Shown here piece by piece: positions 13,588 to 26,225 of a DNA stretch of 64,000 nt; the first letter of the stretch is position 1; each line of letters opens with the position of its first letter. The stretch is from Heterodontus francisci (lineage: Eukaryota). The position numbers and the translations under genes were made by a program. The notes under the pieces are model-generated. The model was not told the DNA's origin and made no database searches. It saw only the letters and a list, made by a program, of their open reading frames with translations. The stretch lies in the NCBI RefSeq assembly GCF_036365525.1, contig NC_090375.1, positions 138,482,982 through 138,546,981 on the forward strand, written 5' to 3'.

Positions 13588-14547
13588 GCCTTATGAGGCC
13601 TTGGTCAGAAGCACAGGGCCTACAATCAGCAGCACAAAGGCCAACCAGCATCAAACTCACCAAGTGAAGCAACAGTTCAAGCAGGGCTAGCAGTGCTTTA
13701 AATATGCCGCCAGAACCTGCGTTCCTCTCAGCTGATGGCACCATCAGTGTCACGTCGCTCACTCCCGTCCTCCAAGAGATGGGCCCCACGCCTCCAGCAA
13801 GCAAATATGTTGGCCATCGTGTGATCGCAGTTGGCTAACCGCTCACGTGACGTGCAGCGATGCCACCATCATCCAGTGCCGGCACCGGAACCCACGATGG
13901 GCTGATAAAATTCAGCCCGGTGTGTATTTTGTGGGTAAATACTCCATCTTCACATTGTTGCATTTATGAGAATGCTGAATCTCTCAGCAAGATACCAGTG
14001 GAGCAAAGCTTCTGGTGCAGCAGGACAACATGGTCAGCAACTTCCCGATGTCGGTGTTGAACTACACATGTACAGGAGTCGCTGTCCGATTTACACTTTT
14101 ACACCGATGAGCTCTGATAGCCTCTATTCTTAGCACAAAATCCAGGCCATTCTACATCGATAGATCCTGCTACCACAAAGACTTCTACCACATCAGTTAA
14201 CTGCATGCAAAAATATATCAAGTGGATCACTTATCAATTTTCACAGGAAAATATATTTTTTTATCAATTTTGTTGTGGAAAATCAGTACAAGAAGGCAAG
14301 GGCTCTGAAAGTTTTGAAAGATTCTCCATCCTTCAGGGAATTGAGCCATCACACTCAGTGCCTATCATTCATGAACTGCTCGGAATTGTACTCTCAATGT
14401 GCAAATGGTAAATGACCAGGAATCTAGGATCACGTAGCCCAGTGCCCACTTCCCAGACAGGAATCATGATTCTTTTATTTTAAGGCAGTTCTTTGTGCTT
14501 CAGATATTTGGAAGACCTAGCAGGCATGATGAAAGACTAATAAAAGA
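13588..14547 (-). repeat. Right arm of the inverted duplication
   Basis: Reverse complement of 9572-10530, with one extra T in the T-run at ~14256-14262. Confidence 0.97.
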
Positions 14548-14556
14548 ACCCAGGAT

Positions 14557-14910
14557 GGGCGGCACAATGGCACAGTGGTTAGCACCGCAGCCTCACAGCT
14601 CCAGTGACCCGGGTTCAATTCTGGGTACTGCCTGTGTGGAGTTTGCAAGTTCTCCCTGTGTTTGCGTGGGTTTCCTCCGGGTGCTCCGGTTTCCTCCCAC
14701 ATGCCAAAGACTTGCAGGTTGATAGGTAAATTGGCCATTAGCAATTGCCCCTAGTGTAGGTAGGTGGTAGGGAAATATAGGGACAGGTGGGGATGTGGTA
14801 GGAATATGGGATTAGTATAACATTAGTATAAATGGGTGGTTGATGGTCGGCACAGACTCGGTGGGCCGAAGGGCCTGTTTCAGTGCTGTATCTCTAAAAC
14901 TAAACTAAAC
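14557..14910 (+). mobile_element. HE1-like (V-SINE) tRNA-derived SINE
   Basis: A box tggcacagtgg, B box ggttcaattct, CR1-type tail 'gggccgaagggcctgtttc' and (taaac)n end. Confidence 0.9.
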
Positions 14911-15995
14911 AAAACATAGGCAAAGCCAATCAGTATCCACACCATCACAGCCTGCTAAGCTGCCAAGCACCAGCTTAGGTCATGTCAAGTGGAAGAGTTA
15001 GATGGAGAAGCACTGATGACCACAATGGGTGCACCACATGTCACAGGTGAGCACACGTAAGAGAGTAAGGGAAGTGGTGGATGAGGAAGAGGAGGGCCCT
15101 CATCACATGATGCAGACCCCACCCCCACCAGCTTCTGCCAGGGAAAGGAACCCTGACTACTTGAGAGATTGCGGCAATTTTTGGGAGATGTTTGGACATA
15201 TGGATGCTACTGTGAAGGGATTCTACCTAAAATTGGACTCTAACAGGGTGCTAAAGCAAGGAAAACCTACCATAAACTTTCTGTCGATATCTCTGACCTC
15301 TTTGCACAGCTTATGAATCATGAAGTGAAATGCATTTGGGAAACATTATCTAGGTTCCAGAGAACTCAAAAGTACCACAGAAAGCTAGAAATGTGAATAT
15401 CCTTCAGACGCATTCAACATGGAAAATGAAAGCAACACTATTACTGTTGGAAAGTGCCTTTCTGATTCTGCAGATGAAATGTGCGTTACGGCCAATATCT
15501 ATGAAATTGCATTTGACCCAAGTTACATATGGTTTCAAAATGCCTCTGCTGTTATTGGGTGCAAAGTGATAAGAAAAAATGATTTCATTTCCCACCACCA
15601 TCATTCCTCTCCTTAGTAAGCAGAAATACAATGAAAATAACCACATTTCACTTGGATAATTTTGTCGGACATTTTCATTTTCAGCATTCATTGTATATTT
15701 GACAGAACTGTAAAATGTCAAAGTCATGGTGAGGGGAAGTTACATTTTCAACTGCTGGATTCAAGTCCCAAAGGACTGAAAATAAAACCAAGGATTTACC
15801 CATGAATTGTTTGTTAGACAGTCTGGGTATTCAGTCCCATGCCTCTGATGGGTATAACCTTCCAAAGTGGAAAACTGAGGTTGTTCATTTACAGTTAACA
15901 TGAACAATTAAAGGCTCTCTCTCATATAAATAGCATAGCATTAGTGGCAACAGGAGTGAAACTTCATTAACACTGACTTACTGCATGCATTAACA

Positions 15996-17028
15996 TGTCA
16001 GCATTTTCTGAACCATTTATTTGCAAATTATTTCCCAGAATAAAGCACACCAACTAGGTTTATTTCATCAACAACAAAATTATCCGTTTATTATAAAACC
16101 AAGTCTTAACCAATAATGAGGTAAATATATACAGGAATTGAAATATTAAAGCCCAGTATTTTTACCTTAGCCCTCACACACATGCACATACATCCAAAAA
16201 CCAATCAACTGGGAAAAAGGGATTTTTGTTTCCAGCTGTTGCAATGAAATAGAAGGAATAAAAAAAAACTTTTACTAAAAAGATATAGAAGGCAGTCCTT
16301 TAGTTTGGTGAGATGACCCAAAGTCGAATTATTGGCTGCCACTAGGAATTTTCCAGGTGAGATTAATGAACAGTCTGTTTGGGTAGGTGTTCAAAGAAAT
16401 TCAACTGCAGCAAAGGTCACATAGGTCTTCTATCAGGCGTGCAGCAACAGAAGTGTCAGTACTTGCACATTTGATGCAAAAGTCCTTTTCTAAAGATGCA
16501 AGGTTTCTGCAAGCATTCAGGATGTCTTCAAAATTACAGGAGACAACGGTACCACTTCATGCAAGCTTTTGCTTTTCCAGAGCAGCGATTTTTCAGAGAC
16601 AGGAGGAAACGGGAATCTGCCACATTTGAAATATAGGGTTTCTTCTCAGGAGATGCAGGATTCCTTTTTGAAGAGAAAGATGGGCAGTTTTTCTTCTCTC
16701 CAGGCAGAAACGATAACTGACCATTTCAACAGTTCAAATTGAAACTAAACTTCCAAGCAGGTCTCATGGCAATCATAAATTCCCTCTTGTCTCACCAAAA
16801 GGTATCTATTAGGTCAAACCCCCCTGTGATTTCCTTGAAATCACCTGATTTCCAGTATTTGTTTAATGGTCAAAACCAGGAACCTCTTGTTGACCTTGCT
16901 TTTTTTTTAAAAAGCATCCATAAAGTTCAGCTATCTCCACTTGTTTCAATGTTCATGGAATCTTTTTCTTTCAGTTTAAAAAAATATAGATTCCTAAGTT
17001 TTAACAAAAAATATTGACTCTCGTAACA
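15996..17028. mobile_element. Probable solo LTR (~1 kb)
   Basis: TGTCA...TAACA termini and a layout like 6693-7636. No matching TSD. Confidence 0.55.
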
Positions 17029-17029
17029 A

Positions 17030-17834
17030 CACTCAGAGCACTCTGAGGGGAGCCCCTATTTGTGGAGGGCAACCTCTCCTCCACCCTCTCAGATCTGCGT
17101 GCATCTGTGGGACCTGGTGGTCCATGAGGGTCGCCAACCTCTCGAAGAAGGAAGCCATGCGCTCACACGCCTGAGACATGGCGGCATGAATGGACTTTTT
17201 CATTGCATGTGCATGACTGTGCACTGCCTCTGGCAGCTCCACCAGATGTTCCTTTACCTCTCTGCAATTCCAGCATGTTCTGTGCTGCCGACATCAGAGG
17301 CCCATCATCTTCCACGGGCTCAGCATAGGCCAGGCCTCCCACAGTCTTCCCACTGTCAATGGCCTCGCCAGTCACAGCCTCTGTCAGCTGCTCGGACACA
17401 TGTGTGGAGCTCTCACCCACATATGATCCTGCAACTAAGCCCAAGGTGAGAGGATCTGCACTGGTGGAAGATGCAGAGGAATGGTGTGATGGTGCACACT
17501 CTGAGGATTCTTCTTCCTCGCCCTCAGAGGACGATGGGATTCCAGTGGCGCCAGTAGATGATTTTCCCTCTGAGGTGCCATGAACTACATGAGAAACCAC
17601 AAACATTCTAGGCATTCTGCAGCATGGATCTGTCCATGCCAACCATGTGTGATGTGGTTCTCTAGAAGGGCGGTGACCAAAATGCCTCCTCACTCTCTTG
17701 GGTGGACACTCCAGTCTCTCTGTCTGCTACGGAATGGCCATCCTGGGAGCCTGCTAGCTCCAGGGCCTCCTCCTCTGCTGGGGTCAGTTCTCGGATATCC
17801 AGGAGCCAGCCTCCAGTCTTTGCCCTTTCCCTAG
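17030..17834 (-). mobile_element. Harbinger Myb/SANT-like ORF fragment
   Basis: Acidic/Ser-rich region and 'SQACERMASFFERLATLM', typical of this ORF's C-terminus. Confidence 0.6.
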
Positions 17835-17836
17835 TG

Positions 17837-18188
17837 TTTAGTTTAGTTTAGAGATACAGCACTGAAACAGGCCCTTCGGCCCACCGAGTCTGTGCCGACC
17901 ATCAACCACCCATTTATACTAATCCTACACTAATTCCATGTTCCTACCACATCCCCACCTGTCCCTATATTTCCCTACCACCTACCTATACTAAGGGCAA
18001 TTTATAATGGCCAATTTACCTATCAACCTGCAAGTCTTTGGCATGCGGGAGGAAACCGGAGCACCCGGAGGAAACCCACGCAAACACAGGGAGAACTTGC
18101 AAACACCACACAGGCAGTACCCGGAATTGAACCCGGGTCCCTGGAGCTGTGAGGCTGCAGTGCTAACCACTGCGCCACTGTGCCGCCC
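17837..18188 (-). mobile_element. HE1-like SINE
   Basis: Near-identical reverse complement of 14557-14910. Confidence 0.9.
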
Positions 18189-18644
18189 TATCATGATTGT
18201 CCTCATTGTGGATGTGCCGGAGGGGCATGTCCAGAGGCACTGCCACCAATGCAACGCCATTGTGAATAATCACAAGATTGAAGGCTTCAGGTTCTTTATC
18301 ATGTGAATGGTACTGGGGATCATTCAGTTAAACTCCGAGTGTTAAAAACACTCTCTGCAGTGGGCACACCTCCAGCCTCACCAGCCCTAGCTTCCTCCTC
18401 TGGATATTGACCCTGAATGGATATAGCCCTCTTCTCAAATGAAGAAACATCTTGAATTATAACTGAGAATCTACCAGTAGCTGATCACTGATTTCTACTG
18501 TGAATTACCTGATCCTGCAAACTTTAAGAGCTGATTTTTACTTTAGGAAGTGCCAGGAATGAGCTGCTGCAGATTGACCACCTGTAAATAAATAAAAGGA
18601 CAGTTTTTCTTTCCATTGACCAATGCTTCAGGTTGGCTGTTTTT

Positions 18645-19392
18645 GGCCAGGATTTCTCCCTTGGCGGACGGGAGCCGTCCACTGACTGAAAAGTCGATGG
18701 CAAACCCGCCTCCACCTGGCCTGGGGATCCGATCCACATTTTGCGGTTCCCCGGCCTTTAATTGGTCTGAGGGCGGACTTGCATCCGCTTGAGGCAGGAC
18801 GACCCGTCTAATGGAGCTGCCAGCCAATCAGTGGACTGGCAGCTCTCCATCCCAGCAGCACCACCAAGAGCAGTGGCCATTGCTGGGACTGCAACCCGCC
18901 ATCAGGAAGAAGATGTTGGGGAGCCCGGAGAACGAAGGTGATGCCTCGCTGAGGTTGATTGATCGGGCCCCGATGAGGCAAGGGCGCGCTATTGGGGGGA
19001 AGGGGAGCTTGTTGGCTACTGGGGGTGATTGGGCAGCAGGGGTGGCCCTACGTCGGGCACAGGGTACCCGATCATGAGGGCCCCTCCTCCAGGCCATCGA
19101 GCCACCTGCTTTTGTCAGGTGGCTTCTCTCGGGCCTGGGCTGCCCAACCAGCCACGGGTAAAATCCCCGTGGAGGTGGGCGGAGGACCTTAAGTGGCCAA
19201 TAACTGGCCACTTAAGGGCATTGATTGGCTTGGGGCGGGCGGGCCATTTTTTGCCACTGCTGCCATCTTGCGTAAAGTAGTGGTGGAGGCGGGAGCGGGT
19301 CGGGAAAGGCCCTCCCGAGCCTCCGGCTCCATTTAACGCCCCCACCCACCACCTTCCCGCTCTTTGGAGGGTGGGCGTAAAAATCCGGCCTT
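18645..19392. mobile_element. GC-rich MITE (Harbinger-type non-autonomous)
   Basis: ggccaggattt...aaaatccggcc termini. Internal palindrome cttaagtggcca-ataac-tggccacttaag. Confidence 0.75.
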
Positions 19393-19799
19393 TATTGAAG
19401 ATGTCCAGCAGCCACAGTGTTTTGTTTTTGTTCTGCCTGTTTGATTGTAAGCAAATCCCTACCATTCACTTCTGCCAATGATAAAAATTAATAGCATCCT
19501 TTTAGAGTCTTTGGGAGAAAAGTGAATGATTCACCTTATGATTCTGATAGTTCAGTGAAGCACGATGGCTCGCGTGTTTTGGGCATTCTGTGGCATGGTT
19601 GCAGGCTTCTCCCAATGAAACTCATTCGGAGAGTTGAGAGGGTAACTTTCAAATGACATTTCTGCTTTTATTAGCATGCTTGATTCACTAGTAGCCAGGG
19701 GCTTGCATTAAATAATGGCATTGAACAGAGACCCACTTCTATCTTGCCATGTCTTTGGTACAGTTGTTCCTACATTGATAATCTTGGCCATGACCTCCT

Positions 19800-21900
19800 G
19801 GGGAGGAGAGAGGCCATATAAGGATTTTAAAACATGGATGAGAATTTTAAAATCAAGGTGTTGCTGGACTGGGAGTCAGTGAAGGTCAGAGAGCTCAAGG
19901 GTGAAGGGCGAATGGGATTTGATGCGAGTTAAGATATGGGCAGCAGCATTTTGTCTGCACTCAAGTTTATGGAGGATGCAATGTGGGAGGCCAGTCAGGA
20001 GAACTTTGGAATAGTCAAGTCCAGAAATAACATAGGCATGCTTGTGGGTTTCAGTGGCAAATGCGCTGAGAAAGGGAAAGACGTGGACAATATTATGGAG
20101 GTGGAATTAGGCAGCTTTAGTGATGGAGTGGATATGTGGTCAGAAGCTCATCTCCGGCTCAGATAGGATTCCAAGATTGCGAATAGTCTGGTTCAGCCTC
20201 AGACAATGGCCGAGGAAAGAAGTGGAATCTGAGGTTACAGAACAGAGTTCGTTTTGGTCTTCCCAAAATATTGTTGAAGGAAATTTTTGGTCATCCAGTA
20301 CTGGAGGTCAGACAAGCAGAGTGATGAACCAAAGGCAGTGGAGGGGTCGAGAGAGGTGGTGGTGAGGCAAAGCTGGGTGTCGTTAGTGAACATTCGGAAC
20401 CTGTTATTGTGTTTTTGGATGATGTCATCGAGGGGCAGCATGTAGATGAGAAATAGAATGGGGCCAAGGATAAATCCTTGGGCACTCCAGAGGTAATGGT
20501 GCGGAAGTAGGAAGAGAAATCATAGCAAGTGATTCTGTGGCTACAACTGCCTAGATAGGATTGGAACCAGGTGAGGGCAGTCCCAACCAGCTGGACAACC
20601 AAAGTGAGGCACTGGAGGAGGTTGGTATAATTAACCATGTCAGAGGCTGCAGACAGGTCAAGAGGAATGAGGAAGGATATTCACCGTCATATAGGATGTC
20701 ATTTACGACATTAATAAGGGCCATTTCAGTGTTATGGCAGGGGGAAAACCTGATTGGAGGGATTCAAAAATGGATTTGGGGGGCAAGATGGCTATGGATT
20801 TGAGAACCGACAACAGAGAAGCTGGGATAAAAACAGAAAATGCTGCAAATACTCAGCAGGTCAGGCAGCATCTGTGGAGAGAGATGCAGAGTTAACTTTT
20901 CAGGTCTGTAACCTTTCATCAGAGCTGGGAGTTATGTTTGCATTCTTGGATGATCCTGGCATAATAAGCAGTTTTGGAACAGGAGATCAGGACCCAATAG
21001 TTCTTTATGTGGTCCAGCCAGATCTGGCAATGAATGACTCATTCAGTTTCCACCATATATGTTCAAGTCTCGTGAGAATAAGGGAGTGAAATGAGGGTCA
21101 TCATAAAGAATGACCAGGGTGATGGAGAGTAATGGTTTTAATGGGGACAAAGGCTTCAAAGAGGGAGGGTGTGATTGAGCAGATGGGATTTGGAAATGCC
21201 TTTGCAAGTGACCTGGTGAGAGTTTTTTCCAGGGGCAGACATAGAAGGAATTGGGGTTGGGGGCGGGAAGAAGGATGTGAGTAGAAAGGGATAAGAGGAA
21301 GTGAACAGAGGTGGCCTTATCTGTGATTAACATGTTGGGAAAAGAGAGGTTATGTAAGATGGCAAAGTCAAGAGGGTGGCCATGAATCTGGGTAGGCAAG
21401 TTTATACCAAGGGAGAGATTAAGGGATGATAGGAGGGAAGTAAATACTGAGGAGAGAGGGCATGATGAGTTGAGATGGAGGTTGAAATCACCAAAGATGA
21501 GAAGCTACTCAGTGCAGTGAAGATATCTTAGTGAGAGAGCTGTTATGGTACTTGGGTGAGTAGTCAACAATGAGGATTTTAAAGGAGAGTCGAAAGTGAT
21601 GACAAATGTGAGATGTTAAAAAAAATGAGAAAATGCATGAGGAGTAAGAGTCAGGTCAAAATGTGATTTTGTGGTAAGAGCCATACCGTCACGCTGGCTG
21701 TCTGGGTGAGACAAATGGTGGACACGTTAGCCTGGGGGGAGGATTTATTAAGGGGGAAGGTGTCATTAACTGTGAATCAAGTTTTGGTCATGGCAATCAT
21801 CCACAGTAAGCTCATAGATGGCAACTGAACAGACATTCTGGAAGAATATGCAGAGATAGGTGGTGATAGCTGATCCACTGGCAGAGTCAGTCCCCAGGGT
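19800..21900 (-). mobile_element. L2 LINE ORF2 fragments (endonuclease and RT)
   Basis: GTALTWFQSYL, TSGVP, 'FRMFTNDTQL' and 'HGHPLDFAI' motifs. Interrupted by a PLE fragment at 20829-20925. Confidence 0.8.
20829..20925 (-). mobile_element. Penelope-like 3' fragment with hammerhead-like core
   Basis: Minus strand reads CTGATGA-A-AGGTT-aca-GACCT-GAAA-agtt-aac. Confidence 0.7.
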
Positions 21901-22274
21901 CAGAGGGATGTTATAGGCTTATCTAAGAGGGTGTCAAGCCTGGGATGGCTGCAGGAAAGTTGTAACGTTGAGGAGTGGTGAAGGTTTGGGAGAGCGATAT
22001 GGGAGACAGAGTACCCGAGAAGGAGAAATGAAATGAGGCATCAGAATAGGAGACATGAGGATAGGAGGTGAGCCTAGGAGAAATATAGAGAAAAGAAGCA
22101 AAAAAAGTGGGAAATAGAAGTGATGAACTTGAGTCCGGAACGACAGCCAAAATACGCTTGCAGGAAAACTCCAACTTGCATGATTATGGTTACAAAGCAG
22201 GATTAGGATAGATATATCCTCGCAATAATCTAAGAATACAGAGGAGACAATAGGAGGGAGTCCAAAATTAAAGT

Positions 22275-23167
22275 CAGAGGTCCCATGGTTCGGTGCCACC
22301 CCACCGCCACCCCTCTTGGTTCTTCCTTTGGTGTTGTGGGCAGGCTTCTCCTACAAGTGCAGTAATGATCACTGTTAGTTGCGCACCAAAGAGACACGAT
22401 GCTAGTGGTAGTCTGACTGTCTCTGATGGTGCCACAGGAATGCTTGCTGTATGTGGCCAATCAGTAACGTCAGTGCAGGAGTGATCTCTGACTGAGTGGA
22501 GCCCTTCACGGAGATGCTGACATGCCTCTGACAGCCAATGCTGCTGCCTGGTCATTGCCAGTGGCTGGGTAGGCATGCCTTTCTTACCAATCTCACATTC
22601 ACACCTAGTCACTTGTAAGGCTGTAGGGCAAGAAATGTGTGGTGCACTCACCTTGACAAAATGTATGAGGTCATTAACTCTCTTGTGGCAACTGTAGCCA
22701 GGTTCGAGGGATAACCCCATGGCTACTGACATCCTCTGCAATCTCCATCCAAGCTTGATTCGTGTGGTGGGCCAGTTTCCTCCTTACATCCCTGGGGAAG
22801 AGGACCTCCCTCCTTGCCCGAGCAGCCTGGAGGAGAACCTCCAGGGAGGCAAAACTGAACCGTGAGACTAGCCTGGATCTTCCTTCTGCCATTCCTTGTG
22901 CTGCCTTCTTCTCCAGGGCTTCATTGTGCTGCCTTTGTGGGTGGATGGAATTGTCAGAGTGCTGGCAGTCCTTTAAATATAGTGCCAACACATCAACAGT
23001 GTGATGTCATGCCTCCCGCATCACCTCAGTTGTCGATCCTCCGCCTTCCAGCAGTTAATTGGCCGCCTGCCACTAAATCACGTTTCGCGTGCTCCCACCC
23101 GAGCAGCAGCTGCTCTCACTTCCGGTCCCGGTGGCAGGACCTCGGGGATTTCCGTAAAATTCGGCTT
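22275..23167 (-). mobile_element. Harbinger element end with Myb/SANT-like exon 1
   Basis: RFSFASLEVLLQAARARREVLFP...QAWMEIAEDVSS...KRVNDL, followed by a gtgagt donor. TIR-like 'gccgaattttacgg'. Confidence 0.8.
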
Positions 23168-23550
23168 GCTATTTCAGGCAGATTTACAACCTAACCTATT
23201 GTAATAAAGTTGCAAATACAACCACTAATCAAGTGAAATATACTGCATTAATATTGACTCAAGCTTCACACAGCACATCGATTAATGTAATATTTACAAA
23301 CTTAACAGTAAAAGGTATTAGGGTAAATTTTTGGCTTTAGCACATGAATGGTAAAGTGGCAGAGCAGATCCCTTGTCCATTTTAGAACCAGTTCAATTCT
23401 TATTCCATTGATTCTTTGCATGAGTTCTAAAACTGGTGGGTGAGTGTGTTTCATCAGATTACCAGCAAAGCAGTAAAGAAAAAAAATTAGCCCATTGTCT
23501 CTGATGTATTACCCTGAATATTGTTGTTGTTACTTTATTAAATGTCAAAT

Positions 23551-23775
23551 GTGCCATCTTTTGGATGAGACATTAAACTAAAAAAACCTAAGGCTCAATC
23601 TGCCCTCTCGGGTGGATATAAAAGATCCCATCTCGCTATTCGAGCTGAGGCATTCTCCCTGGTGTCCTGATCAGCATTTATCCCTCAACCAATATCACTA
23701 AATTATCTGGTCATTTATTTCATTGCTATTCGTGAAGTCTTGCTGAGGACAAAATGACTGCTGTGTTTATCGATG
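23551..23775 (+). mobile_element. Deu-domain SINE (SacSINE1-like)
   Basis: 'aaagatccca...ttctccctggtgtcctg...atttatccctcaacc...atctggtcatt' Deu-domain pattern. Confidence 0.7.
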
Positions 23776-23794
23776 TGAAACAAATTAAACATTA

Positions 23795-25035
23795 TAGTTC
23801 CTTTCATGGCCACCAGATGTCTCAAAGCTTTTTACAGCCAATGAAGTACTTGTTGTAATGTAGGAATTTTGGCAGCTAATTTGCACACAGCAAGCTCCTA
23901 CAAACAACAATGTGGTAATGACCAGGTAATTTATTTTCCTGATGTTGATTGAGGGATAAATATTGGCCAGGACACCAAGGATAATTACCCTTGCTCTTCT
24001 TCAAAATAGTGGCAGAGGATCATTTACTTCCACCTGAGAGAGCAGATGGGACTTAGGTTTAACGTCTCATCCAACGACAGCATATCAGACAGTGTGGCAC
24101 TGCCTCAGAACTACACTGGAGTGTCAGCCTTAATTTTTGTACTCAAGACCCGGGGCTGCACTTTATGTACGGTGGCGAGCTTGAAAGAAGGCGTGGTGTA
24201 CTCGCGACTTTGTGCGCCACTGAACCCACCCCACAAAATTTTGCACGGGGGCTCATTTAAATAGAGAGGGCAGAATGGCCACCCCCGATGATGTAGAGGG
24301 AGCGGTTGCTCCGTCCCCGGCAATGGCGTCCGGCTCCACCATGCAGGGGCTGGCGTCATTTGTTAAGGGCTTCAAGCCCTTATCAGCAGTTTAAATTTTT
24401 AAAGGGAACGAATATTTTAAAATAAAGTAACACATTTAATAACATCTCACTCCCCTCACCCACAGCCCCAAGGAATAATCGACTCACTAATAGCCCATTC
24501 CCCGCTCAAAAACTTTTATTTGCATCCCGAACTTCCCTCCCCCCCCCCCAACCTTCAATAACTTTAACCCTAAACGCCTTCTCACCATCCCCCCCACCAA
24601 TCAAAAGAGTTTTCCCCACTCCCCCACCTCCCGACCTGAAAATTTCACTCCTCCCCCTCTAAATTTCACTCCTCCCCTCTCCAAACGGAGATCCGAAGGC
24701 GCAAAAATTCCAGCAACCGGCCGGAATATCGGCGTGGGGCGGCTGTCGCTACCAGGTAGGTGATTATTCATTTATTTTAATGGCATTAGCATATTGAAAT
24801 TAAGGCTCCGCCATCGAGTGGCAGGAGGACCGCCCTTAGGCCTCGCCGCCGCCGGTAAAATATGGCGGAGCCTTCCCAGTGTCGGGGGCCATGGCGGCCT
24901 TCTCCCGGAAGGATTTTCCAGGCCCCCCACCATGACCTCCAACATCAGAGGGTTGGTAAAAGCCAGCCGCTGGAGTGGGACTTGACAAAATCTTCTGACT
25001 CAGAGGCAAGAGTGCTACCAACTAAGCTACAGCTG
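23795..25035 (-). mobile_element. Deu-domain SINE interrupted by a MITE (24151-24969)
   Basis: Reverse Deu domain at 23850-24150. The head resumes at 24970 'ctggagtgggacttga...ctgactcagagg'. Confidence 0.7.
24151..24969. mobile_element. GC-rich MITE-like DNA element
   Basis: cggggctgcacttta...taaaagccagccg termini, and it splits the SINE. Confidence 0.65.
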
Positions 25036-25581
25036 CCAAACCTATTGCACATTACTTCATTGTTTTGAAGCACTTTGGGATGTCTTGAGGACATTAAAGG
25101 TGCTATATAAATGCAAGTTGTTTCTTCTTTCTAATTATTATCTTTTATATTCTGATTGACAGAAATCCTTCCCCGGAAACTAAAGTTCCAGGTCCTAATC
25201 AAAACTTCCACAGAACGAGTCAAGCACGCACCAAAAAGCTAATAGGACAGGCTACCTATTATTTTCTTTTCAATACTCATTGTAAGTCAAAACAAAAATC
25301 TGTCATCTCAGGTTAACTCAATTTGGTTCTATGATGTTGTTAGATTGACTTAAGAACGGACAGATCTAAAATAGCCAATTCTGCCAGATTCGTTATCCAA
25401 TACAACTTGCACAATAACTGGTGATGCAGCTCTCCAAATGCCAGAAATAAGAAATTGAACACAATAACTGAGGTTTTAGGTACATTTTCAGAAGCGTATT
25501 ATTTCTTATGGTAAACACAATAGCTAATTTATAATGATTTAATATCTTAGTTGTCGTGAGTATGGTATAAAATATATTCCA

Positions 25582-25843
25582 CTGGCGGGCAGCCATAAAG
25601 ACAGGGCTAAATTGTGGCGAGTCGAAGAGACTTAGTAGTTGGCAGGAAAAAAGACAGAGGCGCAAGGGGAGAGCCAACTGTGCAACAGCCCCAACAAACA
25701 AATTTCTCTGCAGCACCTGTGGAAGAGCCTGTCACTCCAGAATTGGCCTTTATAGCCACTCCAGGCGCTGCTTCACAAACCACTGACCACCTCCAGGCGC
25801 GTATCCATTGTCTCTCGAGATAAGGAGGCCCAAAAGAAAGAAG
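25582..25843 (+). mobile_element. RTE-clade LINE 3' fragment
   Basis: WRAAIKTG...CSTCGRACHSRIGLYSHSRRC C-terminus with an (aaag)n tail. Near-identical to 47531-47760. Confidence 0.8.
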
Positions 25844-25940
25844 ACAGGAAATTATAATAAACAGTTGCAGGTCAAGCTTGATAAGTGCCTGCCTCCTTAC
25901 TACAGCAAGAATGTTATTGTGTTAAGTATTTATTTCTATT

Positions 25941-26191
25941 TCAGCCAAGTGAGGAGGGGTCGAAGGGCTTCCTTCTTTTCCCTCTCCTTGGTTGACCACA
26001 ACAGGCTTAATCTTTTCTTAAAGTGGATGTACTGGCCAATTCGGTAGGTATTTGATTACTTGCTTGCTATGATCATAACAAGAACCAATTGGACAGGTTT
26101 TCTTGAGTTAACAAAGAAAGAGGTTAACTTTATTGTACCTAAGTGGAATTCATAAAAAATATTAAACAACATGCCAAGTTTCACTCACACA

Positions 26192-26225
<34 letters not shown>

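Noticed and set aside
9572-14547. Giant-TIR (foldback) transposon interpretation
   Set aside because: There is no TSD, the arms contain unique DNA plus another element's end, and the spacer is a CR1 inside a Harbinger.
14557-14630. tRNA gene
   Set aside because: The A/B boxes belong to a SINE head that continues into SINE body and tail.
15404-15727. ORFs in unique DNA (also 25163-25281, 38101-38286, 61090-61276)
   Set aside because: There are no recognisable domains and no consistent exon chain, and chance splice sites are common.
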